A stretch of 64,000 bases of DNA, from contig CAWJSK010000015.1 in NCBI GenBank assembly GCA_963845535.1, positions 128,001-192,000 on the forward strand. Direction: 5' to 3'. Source of the stretch: an uncultured Spirochaetota bacterium. GTDB lineage: Bacteria > Spirochaetota > Spirochaetia > SZUA-6 > Fen-1364. The translations under genes and the position numbers were made by a program. The notes below the pieces were generated by a model that worked only from the letters and a program-made list of their open reading frames with translations, was not told the origin of the DNA and did not search any database. This document shows, in pieces, positions 8,439-17,845 of this stretch. Within the stretch, counting starts at the first letter, position 1. Each line of letters begins with the position of its first letter.

Positions 8439-10889
8439 TCAGCCTTTTCCCTCCTCCAGAAGAGCGGCGAGGCTCTCCGGGGGGAGCGGATGGCCGGTGT
8501 AGTATCCTTGGAGGGTCGTGCAGCCCTTTTTCTTCAAGAGCTCCGCCTGTGCGGCCGTCTCCACGCCTTCGGCGACCACTTCGAGGTTGAGGCTTCTCCC
8601 CATGGCGATGATGGCGGAGACGATCTCAGCGCCGCGGGCGTCCGCGGGGAGGTCCTGGATGAAAGTCCGGTCGATTTTCAAGCGGTCGATTGGCAGCCGC
8701 CGCAGGTACGCGAAGGAGGAGTACTTGGTGCCGAAGTCATCGATTGACAGGCGGATCCCCATTTCCTTGACTCTCGAAAGCTTCTCCACGTCTTGCGGGG
8801 AGTCGTTGATCAACATGCTTTCCGTGAGCTCGAGCTCCAGGAACTGGGGTGGAAACCCCGTGTCGTGCACGGCGGCCTCGATCACCTCGACGAAGTCCGG
8901 CCTCCGAAGCTGGTGCGCGGAGATGTTCACGCCAATGCGCACCGGCGCCATCCCCTGCTCATTCCAGCGCTGTCCCTGGGCGCAGGCCTCGTGCAGGACC
9001 AGCTCCCCGATCTCGTGGATCAGGCCTGTCTGCTCGGCTATGGGGATGAACTGCTCGGGGCTGATCAGGCCGATCTGAGGGCTCATCCATCGGGCCAGCG
9101 CTTCCAGGCCGACAAGGCGGCCGGTGGAGGCATCCACCTGCGGCTGGTAGTAGACCGTGAACTCATGGGCCGCCAGGCCCTGCCTGATCTGAGTCTGGAG
9201 GGTGAGGCGTTCCATGGCGCGCCGGTTCATTTCCGGTGAGAAGAACTGGTAGCCGTTTTTCCCCAGGTCCTTGGCTTTGTAGAGCGCTGCGTCCGCGCTC
9301 TGCAGGAGGCCTTCCACCTCAACGGAATCATCCGGGAAAATCGCAATACCGATGCTGGAGGAGATGAACAGCTCTTTTTCATCGATGAACATCGGTTCGT
9401 AGAGCTTCGCCAGGATCTTGCGCGCCACGATCAGCGAGCTGTCAGAGCTCTTGATCTGGGAAATCATGACGGTGAACTCGTCCCCGCCCATGCGGGCCAC
9501 GATGTCGCTTTCCCGGATGCACTGCTTGATGCGGTTGCCCACTTCCCGCAAGAGCTGGTCACCGGCCCGGTGGCCGAGGTTGTCGTTCACGAGCTTGAAG
9601 CCGTCGAGGTCCACGAACATAAGGGCGACGCCCTCGCTGGCGCGGCGCGCCTGCTCCAGGCTTTCCTTGAGGCGGTCCAGGAAATAGCGCCTGTTGGGAA
9701 GGCCGGTGAGGCTGTCATAGTGGGCCATCTCATACAACTGTTCCTGCGTTTCCTTCATGGCGGAGATGTCGGAGAAAAGTCCGATGTAGCGCGACACCCT
9801 GCCGGCTTCATCCCGCACCGCGCTGATGGAAAGCCACTTCGGGAAGACTTCGCCGTTTTTTCTCCTGTCCCAGATCTCCCCCTGCCAGCTTCCCCGGTCG
9901 CTGACGATGTCCCACATTTCCTGGTAGAAACGCTGGTCCTGCCGGCCCGAGCTGAGGACCGAGATATTCTCCCCGAGAATCTCCTCCCGGGTGTAGCCGG
10001 TGATGGAAGTGAACGCGCGGTTCACGTCCAGGATCCTGCGGTCCATGTCGGTGATGACCACCGCTTCGCTTGCGCTCTCGAAGACCTGGGCGTCGAGCTG
10101 GAGCCGCTTTTCGGCCTGCTTGCGGCTGGAGACGTCCAGGCCGAACACGTTGACGTATCCCTTGTCAGCGACGGGCACGAACACGAGGAGGAGTATCTTG
10201 ATGCCGATCTGGACCTCAACCTCGTAAGCGTCTTTCTGACGGACGGCCTCCTCGATGGCTTCCTGCCACCGGGGAGGGATGCGGCTGCCGACGTCAGTCT
10301 TCCAGTGCGCCAGGAGGAGCCAGCTCCCGCGGTTTGCGCTCAGGAGCGTCCCGTCCCGGGAGATGCGAAGGACAGGGAAAGGACTCTCCTCTGAAAACCG
10401 GGAGAACCCGCGCGCCTCGTCTTCCTGCGTGGCGTTCTCCCGCAGGGTCTCCACAAGCAGCGCGATGCGCCGCGCGCCGCCTTCTGCGCGGCGTTCTGAG
10501 CCGGCGTCGGCATCAGAGAGCTGCGACGCCTGGTAAAGGACGACAACCGGCTGCCCGTCGCCGGGACGGCGCAGGGCGGCCTGGCCGCGGGCGGTCACGC
10601 CGACGGCAACGGCCTCCCGCACCGTTGTGAGGAACGACGCCGCGTCCTCCTCAGGGAAAAGGGCTGAAAGGCTGGCTCCCGCCAGGCCCCCGCTTTTCAC
10701 GCCGAGGATGTCAAGGAAAGAGGCGTTGCACGATTCGATTGTCCCGTCGGAAGAGATCACGACCATGCCGCGCAGGCCGTCCTGTTCGGGGCCTCCGGCT
10801 GCCTTCGGCTCAGGTGCGTTGGAAAGAGCGCCCTGCTCATCCGGAGGCAGCTCTTCAACGTCTGTCAGGTTCCGCGCCGGCGTGGCCAC
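8439..10889 (-). CDS. multi-PAS GGDEF-EAL diguanylate cyclase/phosphodiesterase
   Basis: Three PAS-like segments; HYDSLTGLPNR, DLDGFK.VND, RESD I-site, ARMGGDEF, LEALARW, ELTES, IDDFGT and EGVET. Confidence 0.95.
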   Translation of the reverse strand: MATPARNLTDVEELPPDEQGALSNAPEPKAAGGPEQDGLRGMVVISSDGTIESCNASFLDILGVKSGGLAGASLSALFPEEDAASFLTTVREAVAVGVTARGQAALRRPGDGQPVVVLYQASQLSDADAGSERRAEGGARRIALLVETLRENATQEDEARGFSRFSEESPFPVLRISRDGTLLSANRGSWLLLAHWKTDVGSRIPPRWQEAIEEAVRQKDAYEVEVQIGIKILLLVFVPVADKGYVNVFGLDVSSRKQAEKRLQLDAQVFESASEAVVITDMDRRILDVNRAFTSITGYTREEILGENISVLSSGRQDQRFYQEMWDIVSDRGSWQGEIWDRRKNGEVFPKWLSISAVRDEAGRVSRYIGLFSDISAMKETQEQLYEMAHYDSLTGLPNRRYFLDRLKESLEQARRASEGVALMFVDLDGFKLVNDNLGHRAGDQLLREVGNRIKQCIRESDIVARMGGDEFTVMISQIKSSDSSLIVARKILAKLYEPMFIDEKELFISSSIGIAIFPDDSVEVEGLLQSADAALYKAKDLGKNGYQFFSPEMNRRAMERLTLQTQIRQGLAAHEFTVYYQPQVDASTGRLVGLEALARWMSPQIGLISPEQFIPIAEQTGLIHEIGELVLHEACAQGQRWNEQGMAPVRIGVNISAHQLRRPDFVEVIEAAVHDTGFPPQFLELELTESMLINDSPQDVEKLSRVKEMGIRLSIDDFGTKYSSFAYLRRLPIDRLKIDRTFIQDLPADARGAEIVSAIIAMGRSLNLEVVAEGVETAAQAELLKKKGCTTLQGYYTGHPLPPESLAALLEEGKG

Positions 10890-11122
10890 GTTGCTCCTTC
10901 CTCCGTTGCGCAGAGCAGGTCAGTCACATTTTCGAACGCGATGCTCTTGCAACAATTCTCATCTACGGCACCGTTACCGTGCCGCTACGCACGATTCCCT
11001 CGTGAAAGATATTCAGACGAAAGCCGCAAGGCAAAGGCAATCTTGGCGAAGGCCGGCGAACGCCGGCCCTTGCAGCCGTCTCTGAAAAAGGGGTATTCTC
11101 GAACAGAGAGTTGGCGGGTGAG

Positions 11123-11473
11123 ATGACCAAACACGTCGAACAGATGATGCGGAGGGCCGAGGGCGCTCTCGGGCGCGCTTTTCGACAGCTTGACGCCGCG
11201 GGGAACATTGCGAAGAAGCTTGACGCCGAAACAACAAAGCATCCCGACAAGGACAACTTCGTGGAGCTGCTGATCATCCGGGAAGTCGTGGAGCGGGTCG
11301 CAAGGATCTGCAACGCCGCTTTCATTGCGGATTCCCGCGCCACAAGCCCTCTTCCCTTTCCGCCCCGCGAGGGGACGCCCGGCATGATGTCCGGGCCCTG
11401 GACTTTTCCCCGGGGCGGCGCCAAGGACGAAGCAAAACGAGCAGCTTCCTCGCGCAAGAGAAAGAGGACGTGA
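11123..11473 (+). CDS. hypothetical protein
   Basis: Helical-looking ORF with genome-like codon use; its stop overlaps the next start (GTGA). No family recognised. Confidence 0.5.
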   Translation: MTKHVEQMMRRAEGALGRAFRQLDAAGNIAKKLDAETTKHPDKDNFVELLIIREVVERVARICNAAFIADSRATSPLPFPPREGTPGMMSGPWTFPRGGAKDEAKRAASSRKRKRT

Positions 11474-12729
11474 GCATTCGCGCCCTCCTCGCCCTTGCCG
11501 CGTTCACGGCTCTCGCCCTCGCCGGCTGCGCTTCCGTCCAGGACAATTTTCTTCTCACAAAGCTGGATAACCAGGCCAAGGCACGAGCACTCGTCGAGGA
11601 GGGCGTGGCGCAGTACCAGGCGCAACTGATCAGGAAGGGAGACCTGAGCAAAGTGGCGTCCATACGCGAGTATTTCACGATGGCGCTGCGCTTCGACCCA
11701 CAGAACCTCCTCGCCGCCCGCTACCGCGACCTTGTGGACAACTACCGTGCCGTCCAGCTCTCCCAGGCCTTGAAAGAAGCGCAGTCCTATTTTGCGAAGC
11801 AAAGACGGGCGGAAGAGGAAGATTTCGCCATGTGCGTGGCCATCCAGACCGCGCTGCGCCTGGACCCCAACAACGCCGCGGCGGCCAAGCTCGCCCGTGA
11901 CACGGAATCCCTACGCCAGACTCTCATAGCGAAACTGCTGTCGAAGGCGTGGACATCCCTCGGCAAGGCCGCCCAGGCGCCTGGCGCCGCGGACCGGGAA
12001 AGCGCGGACATCGACGCCTACCAGGGCTTCGACAAGGTCCTCTTGATCGATCCGCGGAACTCGACCGCCACGGCGCAGATAGCGTCACTGAAGGATTCAC
12101 TGGGCCGCGCGGCGGCGGCGCACGTTCGCGCCGTGAAAAAACTGATTGCCGCGGGGCAGTTCGAAGCCGCCCGGGACCAGATCGCCGCGCTCTCGGCCAC
12201 GAGCAGGAAAGTGGACGGCATCCTGGACGTCCAGGTCGCCTCCGCCCGCTACCTTCTCGATTACCAGTGGGCGCGCAGCCTTTACCTCCACAAAGCGTAC
12301 GCGCTCGCGGACGCACGGGTCAGGGAAGCTCTCAGGATTGCCCCCACCGACGAGGCATACGCGCTGAAGAGGAAAATCGCGGACCTCGCCAACCAGGAAG
12401 AGCGGCAGACTTCGTTCGATGCCTCACTGCAGCAGATCGATGACTTGATCCAGCAGGGAGACCTTGCTGCCGCCAGCGCCCGTATCGAGGCGCTCGCCAA
12501 GAGCGAGCAGGACTCCGCCCGGCTGGACCAACTGGACGCGCGCCGGCAGAAGGTCCACTCGTACCTGCCGCAGATGTACGCCGCGGCCGTCAACGATTAC
12601 CGCGATGAGAACTTCAAGGATGCAATTGACCTTCTCCAGACAATCGTGTCGGTGGACGTCGGCTACGAACAAGCCGCCGACTATCTGGACAAGGCCACGG
12701 CGAAAGAAAAGCTGGTGGAACAATACTAA
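11470..12729 (+). CDS. TPR-like alpha-helical lipoprotein
   Basis: LAGC lipobox; repeated ALRFDPQN, ALRLDPNN and VLLIDPRN TPR-type turns. Confidence 0.75.
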   Translation: MSIRALLALAAFTALALAGCASVQDNFLLTKLDNQAKARALVEEGVAQYQAQLIRKGDLSKVASIREYFTMALRFDPQNLLAARYRDLVDNYRAVQLSQALKEAQSYFAKQRRAEEEDFAMCVAIQTALRLDPNNAAAAKLARDTESLRQTLIAKLLSKAWTSLGKAAQAPGAADRESADIDAYQGFDKVLLIDPRNSTATAQIASLKDSLGRAAAAHVRAVKKLIAAGQFEAARDQIAALSATSRKVDGILDVQVASARYLLDYQWARSLYLHKAYALADARVREALRIAPTDEAYALKRKIADLANQEERQTSFDASLQQIDDLIQQGDLAAASARIEALAKSEQDSARLDQLDARRQKVHSYLPQMYAAAVNDYRDENFKDAIDLLQTIVSVDVGYEQAADYLDKATAKEKLVEQY

Positions 12730-12850
12730 ACGTCCAGGCGAGCGCAGCGAGCACGGCGTTAGAGCGCGTAATCGCGCACGAGCGCGGCCTTCCGCACGGA
12801 ATACCGTGCTAGGGCGCGCGGATGGGGAACACCCAGATGCTGCCCCCGCT

Positions 12851-14068
12851 TCAACTACTCCATTTTTCCCGTATCGCCCGGATGATGTCGTAGATCTCGA
12901 AGAACAGGGCCACGATTTCGGGATCGAACTGCCTGCCCGCCTGTTCCTTGATGTAGAAAAGGACGCGGTCCTCTTCCCAGGCGTCCTTGTACACCCGCTT
13001 GCAAATCAGGGCGTCATAAACGTCCGCGAGCGTGACGATCCGCGCTGACAAGGGGATGGCGGTCCCTTTTTTTCCGGGGCCGAACTTCAACGTCTTTTCG
13101 TGAATGTCCTTGACCACGCCGGGATACCCCGTGCCGTCCCACCTCTCGTGGTGGTTCAGCGCCACCTCGTAGGCCAGAGTGTCCCATTCCGAGGTGGGGT
13201 TCTCGAAGAACTGCGCGCCGTAGACGGTGTGGTACTTGATGGCCTCGAACTCTTCACGGGTGAGGTCCTGCTTCTTCTTGAGGATTGCGTCAGACACGCC
13301 GACCTTGCCGATGTCGTGCAGCATCGAGGAAATCTTCAGGATGTCCTTGAAGTTGCTCACCTCTTCCCGCGGCACGGCGTGCCGTTCAGCCCATTTCTGG
13401 TACAGCTCCACGGCGTAGGAACCGACCCGGCTGACATGCGGTTGCGTCTCCTCGGGGTCGCGCAGCTCCGTTGTGCGGACCATTTTGAACACGACGTCGC
13501 GGAGGAGCACGGCGCGTTCTATGGCGATCCCCGCGTAGAAGGCGAACTGAGTGATATAGAACTCCTGGTCTTCCGTGAAGGGGGTGGGGGTGCCGGCGCC
13601 ATCCAGCCGGTTGATGAGCTCGAGGACGCCCACCATGTCGTTCTTGCTCGTGCGGATGGGGACGATCAGCATGGACACGGTGCGGTACGATGAGATCTGG
13701 TCGAAATAGGGGTTGAAGGCGAAAGGGAACGTGGCGTCGATTGCGTATGCGTCATCGATGAGGAGCGACTCACCGGTGAACGCCACGTACCCGGCAATGG
13801 AGCGTTCGTCGATGTCGATCTCGTTGTTCGTGTAGATGTACTTGTTGGACAGGAAATCGTTCCTGAAAAGTGAATCGTTCTGCACGTAGCTGAACTGGAG
13901 CTTTTTGCCCTCCACGAGGAAGATCGAACCTGCATCCGCTTGCGTCAGGGACCGGGTCTCATACAGCAGGTTGTCCAGCAGCGTGTTCAAGTCCCGGATG
14001 TGGTGGAGTTTCTCTTGCTTTTCCAGGATGGTGTTCAACAGAGAAGAATCATCTCTGCGCCTGCCCAC
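12851..14068 (-). CDS. GAF + HD-GYP c-di-GMP phosphodiesterase
   Basis: ADAGSIFL...SIAGYVA...YRTVSMLIVP GAF domain; LHDIGK, HHERWDGTGYP and ADVYDAL; AAGGAGG RBS before GTG 14068. Confidence 0.92.
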   Translation of the reverse strand: MGRRRDDSSLLNTILEKQEKLHHIRDLNTLLDNLLYETRSLTQADAGSIFLVEGKKLQFSYVQNDSLFRNDFLSNKYIYTNNEIDIDERSIAGYVAFTGESLLIDDAYAIDATFPFAFNPYFDQISSYRTVSMLIVPIRTSKNDMVGVLELINRLDGAGTPTPFTEDQEFYITQFAFYAGIAIERAVLLRDVVFKMVRTTELRDPEETQPHVSRVGSYAVELYQKWAERHAVPREEVSNFKDILKISSMLHDIGKVGVSDAILKKKQDLTREEFEAIKYHTVYGAQFFENPTSEWDTLAYEVALNHHERWDGTGYPGVVKDIHEKTLKFGPGKKGTAIPLSARIVTLADVYDALICKRVYKDAWEEDRVLFYIKEQAGRQFDPEIVALFFEIYDIIRAIREKWSS

Positions 14069-14232
14069 GCCTGCCTCCTTGTCGCTTTCCTCGATGAGTA
14101 TAGGACGTTCCTTGCCGCGAAGCAACGCTTCCAGCGTTGCTTCGCGGCCTTTGCCGGTGGACGCCTCGCGCCTTCCCGTCGTGGTTCCCCACCGTCGCCG
14201 GCGGCGGTATCTTCGAACCAGGAGAAGGTTAA

Positions 14233-15669
14233 ATGAAAGTTCGCGGTGCTTTTCTGGCAGCCTGCGGGTGCGTGCTCTGCGCGTGCGCCACCGCCGGGCC
14301 GTCCGGTTCCGCGTCCGGTTCGGCGGAATTGACGGACCGGGTCGTTGTTCACGATATTCCAGACTTCCAGGACGCCATCGCAGCAGTCTCGCAATCAGCA
14401 TTGCCGTGCGTCGTGCATATCGAAGTCTCCGGCACCACGTTGCGCCAGGTTCCCAGGATCGGCCCCTTCGGCTTGTTCTCGGATTCCCCCCAGGGGATTT
14501 CCAAGGTCCCGCTGCGCGCGCTGGGCAGCGGCATCCTGGTCAGCCCTGACGGGCACATCGTCACGAACAACCACGTCGTGGAGAACGCGGACACCATCAC
14601 TGTTCACTTCTACGACGGCACGGAGCGGCCCGGCAGGCTGGTGGGGTCGGACCGTCTCACGGATATCGCCGTCATCAAGGTGGACGGTATCCCGCGGGTC
14701 CGCGTGGCGCGGCTGGGTGACTCGGACTCGCTGCGCGTGGGGGAGTGGGTGGTGGCCATCGGGTCCCCGCGCGGACTCGACTGGACCGTCACGGCGGGCA
14801 TTGTAAGCGCAACGCACCGAATGGGGGTCAGCACCAAGGCGCCGGAAGGGCTGGAAGACTTCATCCAGACGGACACCGCCATCAATCCGGGCAACAGCGG
14901 CGGCCCGCTTCTCAATCTGAGAGGAGAAGTGGTCGGGATGAACGCGCTCATCATGTCCGAGAGCCAGGGCTCGGAAGGGCTCGGTTTTGCAATCCCTTCG
15001 AACCTGCTGAAGGCGGTCGCGGAAACGCTCATCAAGGAAGGAAAGGTGACGCGCGGCGACCTGGGGATTGCCACTCAGGACTTGAGTGACCCTATCCGCC
15101 GAGGCTTGAAGATTCCCGCCGGCACTCGCGGGGTGGTGGTGACCGAGGCGGTCCCTCTCGGGCCGGGCGCCGCCGCCGCGGTGACCGCGGGTGACGTGAT
15201 CACTTTTTTCCAGGAAATCCCCATCAGCTCCGCCGCTCAGCTCAACAGGCTGATTGCGGCGGCCGCGCCGGGGACCAACCTTACACTCCGGCTCCTCAGG
15301 AACGGGACCACCCTCATGGTGACCATGACGGTGGCTGATCAGCTCGCTCTCGCGCAAAAGCAAGCCGCGCGTCCTGCGTACGCCTTGCTGGGCATCCGCG
15401 TTGATCCGGTGTCCGACTCGATTGCCCAGAGCGTGGGTCTGACGGAAACTGCCGGGGTCCTGGTGGTGGAAGTCGTGACGGGCAGCCCCGCCGACGGCGT
15501 GGGGATAGCCAAGGGGGATATCATCTTCCAGGTGGACGGAGAGGACGTCAACGACGCGGTGCAGTTCCGCACGCACGTGGGAGAAGCCATTCAGACGGGA
15601 AGCGTCATCATTCTCATCCGTGATGGGGCGTCCGGCAGGACTGGCTACATGGCGATCCCGATACAGTAG
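14233..15669 (+). CDS. htrA: HtrA/DegP-family serine protease with two PDZ domains
   Basis: GSG, TNNHVV, DIAVIK and QTDTAINPGNSGGPL catalytic motifs; two PDZ-like repeats; Cys-containing signal peptide. Confidence 0.93.
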   Translation: MKVRGAFLAACGCVLCACATAGPSGSASGSAELTDRVVVHDIPDFQDAIAAVSQSALPCVVHIEVSGTTLRQVPRIGPFGLFSDSPQGISKVPLRALGSGILVSPDGHIVTNNHVVENADTITVHFYDGTERPGRLVGSDRLTDIAVIKVDGIPRVRVARLGDSDSLRVGEWVVAIGSPRGLDWTVTAGIVSATHRMGVSTKAPEGLEDFIQTDTAINPGNSGGPLLNLRGEVVGMNALIMSESQGSEGLGFAIPSNLLKAVAETLIKEGKVTRGDLGIATQDLSDPIRRGLKIPAGTRGVVVTEAVPLGPGAAAAVTAGDVITFFQEIPISSAAQLNRLIAAAAPGTNLTLRLLRNGTTLMVTMTVADQLALAQKQAARPAYALLGIRVDPVSDSIAQSVGLTETAGVLVVEVVTGSPADGVGIAKGDIIFQVDGEDVNDAVQFRTHVGEAIQTGSVIILIRDGASGRTGYMAIPIQ

Positions 15670-15702
15670 CCGCGCCTGCCGGTCCCGAGTCCTGGTGGAT
15701 CA

Positions 15703-16434
15703 TCACGTTGCGATTGTCGGGTAGAGGAATGATCCGATCCCCACCACGACGGCGGTTGCCGCCGCCAGGACCCCGAGGTCCATGCCAAGGCCGTAGGCGG
15801 ACGTGCCGCCGGACAGCATGAGGGAGCGCAGCGCGTCCACCTGGTAGGTGAGCGGGTTGGCATGGGAGATGATCTGAAGCCAGCGCGGCATGATCGATAT
15901 GGGGTAGATGGCGTTGCTCGCGAAGAAAAGCGGCATGGTCAGAATCTGCCCGATCCCCATGAAACGTTCACGCGTTTTCACGAGGCACGCAATAACAAGG
16001 GAGAACGTCGAAAAGAAGGCCGCGCCGAGCATGACCACGAGCAGCACGCCGGCAAGCGAAAGCGGGTTCCAGTCCATCCCGACTCCCAGCAGGACGGCCA
16101 GGAGATAGACGATGATCGCCTGGGCAAGCCCGCGAAGCCCGGCGGAAATGGCTTTGCCCAGCACGAGCGCGGACCGCGGAGTGGGGCTCACGAGGAACTT
16201 CTGGAGTATCCCGAGGTCCCTCTCCCAGATCACCGAGATGCCGTAGAAGATCGCGATGAAAAGCACGCTCTGCGAAAGGATCCCGGGCGCCATGAAGTCG
16301 ATGTAGCGCAGGTTCCCCGTCGGGATGGCCCGTATGCGCGTGAAGACCTGGCCGAATACAAGGAGCCACAGCGCCGGTTGGACTGCTCGCGTGAGAAGCT
16401 CCGTGGGGTCATGGAGGAGCTTGCGCGCCTCCAT
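15703..16434 (-). CDS. ABC-2 type exporter permease (true start probably near 16516, possible indel)
   Basis: YIDFMAPGI, WERDLG, PLFFASNAIYP and NPLTYQVDALR; the frame stays open upstream of the ATG. Confidence 0.9.
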   Translation of the reverse strand: MEARKLLHDPTELLTRAVQPALWLLVFGQVFTRIRAIPTGNLRYIDFMAPGILSQSVLFIAIFYGISVIWERDLGILQKFLVSPTPRSALVLGKAISAGLRGLAQAIIVYLLAVLLGVGMDWNPLSLAGVLLVVMLGAAFFSTFSLVIACLVKTRERFMGIGQILTMPLFFASNAIYPISIMPRWLQIISHANPLTYQVDALRSLMLSGGTSAYGLGMDLGVLAAATAVVVGIGSFLYPTIAT

Positions 16435-16508
16435 CCCCGAAATGGTGAGGGTCCTTGCAACGTAGCGAACGAGAAATGAGATCGGGTCTGTCCGGCTCGA
16501 GGCCGGGC

Positions 16509-17306
16509 TCAGCCAAGACGGCGAGCGCGCCGTCGTGTCCGTCGTGTTTCACGGTATGTACCTCCGGAATCGAGATTGCTCCCTGTGTAGTAGATGAAGA
16601 CGTCATCGAGGGATGCGCCCTGACTGCCGATGCCCCCCTTGAGTTGAAGAGGCGTCCCGAGAGCCACCAGACTCCCCCTGTGCATGATTGCTATCCTGTC
16701 GCACAGCGCATCCGCCTCCTCCATCTGGTGCGTCGTAAGGATGACCGTTGCCCCGGTTCGGCCGCGCAGCTCCTCGATGTGGTCCCAGACTGCTCTGCGG
16801 GCCGCCGGGTCGAGCCCCACGGTGGGCTCGTCGAGGAACAGGACCTTCGGCCTGTGCAGCATGGACTGAGCGATCTCCAGCCGCCTGATCATGCCCCCGG
16901 AATACTGGCGCACGAGCCGCTGGGCCGCGTCCCCCAGCCCCATGAAATCGAGGGCGGCCTGAACCCGTTCGCGCCGCTCACGGCGCGGGATGTCGTAGAG
17001 CCGCGCGAATACGAGAAGGTTCTCCATCCCCGTCAGCGTGCCGTCCGCGGAGAGCATCTGCGGGACGTAGCCGATCATCCGGCGCACCGCTCCCGCATGA
17101 CGGTTGATGTCGAACCCATTCACCGTGGCCGTCCCCGCGCTGGGGGGGAGCAGGGTTGTGAGCATCTTGATCGTCGTGCTTTTGCCGGCGCCGTTGGGGC
17201 CGAGCAGGCCGAACATCTCCCCCGTCTCGATCGAAAGATTCAGCTCGTTGACCGCCGTCAACGGTCCGAACCGGCGTGTCAGGTTCGAAAGCTCAAGTAT
17301 TGGCAT
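16509..17306 (-). CDS. ABC exporter ATP-binding protein (DrrA-like)
   Basis: GPNGAGKST, YSGGM, LFLDEPT and TTH motifs. Confidence 0.95.
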   Translation of the reverse strand: MPILELSNLTRRFGPLTAVNELNLSIETGEMFGLLGPNGAGKSTTIKMLTTLLPPSAGTATVNGFDINRHAGAVRRMIGYVPQMLSADGTLTGMENLLVFARLYDIPRRERRERVQAALDFMGLGDAAQRLVRQYSGGMIRRLEIAQSMLHRPKVLFLDEPTVGLDPAARRAVWDHIEELRGRTGATVILTTHQMEEADALCDRIAIMHRGSLVALGTPLQLKGGIGSQGASLDDVFIYYTGSNLDSGGTYRETRRTRRRARRLG

Positions 17307-17748
17307 GGACTGTCTCCCCGATGAAAGCCGTCCGCAGGGCTTCCATCGATTGCATGATTTTTCCCAGCTCCCGCTCGTCGAGTGAGGACAGGATGCCCGC
17401 CAGGCTCTTGTGGGTCTCCCGGCGCGCGTCGGTGAGCGCTCGTTTTCCCGCCGGGGTTATCTGGAGGTTCACCTTGCGGCGGTCTTCCGGTGACGGCATG
17501 CGCGTGACGAGCTCGCGCGCCTCCAGGCCATCGACGATCTTGCAGGCCGACGGCGGAGTCAGCCCCAGGTGCTCGGCCACGCCGCCCAGGGTGGTCCCGC
17601 CGGTGCGCTCGGTGAACGCGAGCGTGCGGAACTGGGGAACACTCAGGCCCAGAGCGCGGTGGCGGCGCATCTCCGTGCGGATGAACCGCGAGACGATGGG
17701 CACGACCTCCAGCAGCTCACGGGCGCACTGCTCTTCTTCCTGTGCCAT
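17293..17748 (-). CDS. MarR-family transcriptional regulator
   Basis: LSVPQFRTL...LGLTPPSACKIVDGLE...DRR...ITPAG winged-helix pattern. Confidence 0.93.
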   Translation of the reverse strand: MAQEEEQCARELLEVVPIVSRFIRTEMRRHRALGLSVPQFRTLAFTERTGGTTLGGVAEHLGLTPPSACKIVDGLEARELVTRMPSPEDRRKVNLQITPAGKRALTDARRETHKSLAGILSSLDERELGKIMQSMEALRTAFIGETVHANT

Positions 17749-17760
17749 TTGATTCGCCTT

Positions 17761-17781
17761 TCTAATTATTAGATAATCTAA
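17761..17781. promoter_or_regulatory. overlapping AT-rich inverted repeats, probable MarR operator
   Basis: TCTAAT-T-ATTAGA (17761-17773) and TTAGAT-A-ATCTAA (17769-17781) just upstream of marR; TTGACT on the minus strand at 17793-17798. Confidence 0.65.
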
Positions 17782-17845
17782 ATAAACGGAAGAGTCAAGC
17801 CCCTTTCCTTGATCCGCGGGCGCCCTTCATGCGTAGATATGTTCG

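Noticed and set aside
10890..11120. c-di-GMP riboswitch upstream of the GGDEF-EAL operon
   Set aside because: GGCAAA and small hairpins are present, but I could not find the full class I or II motif pattern; an Rfam scan would settle it.
14069..14401. Arg-rich N-terminal extension of the HD-GYP protein
   Set aside because: It overlaps the divergent htrA gene; a strong RBS supports GTG 14068.
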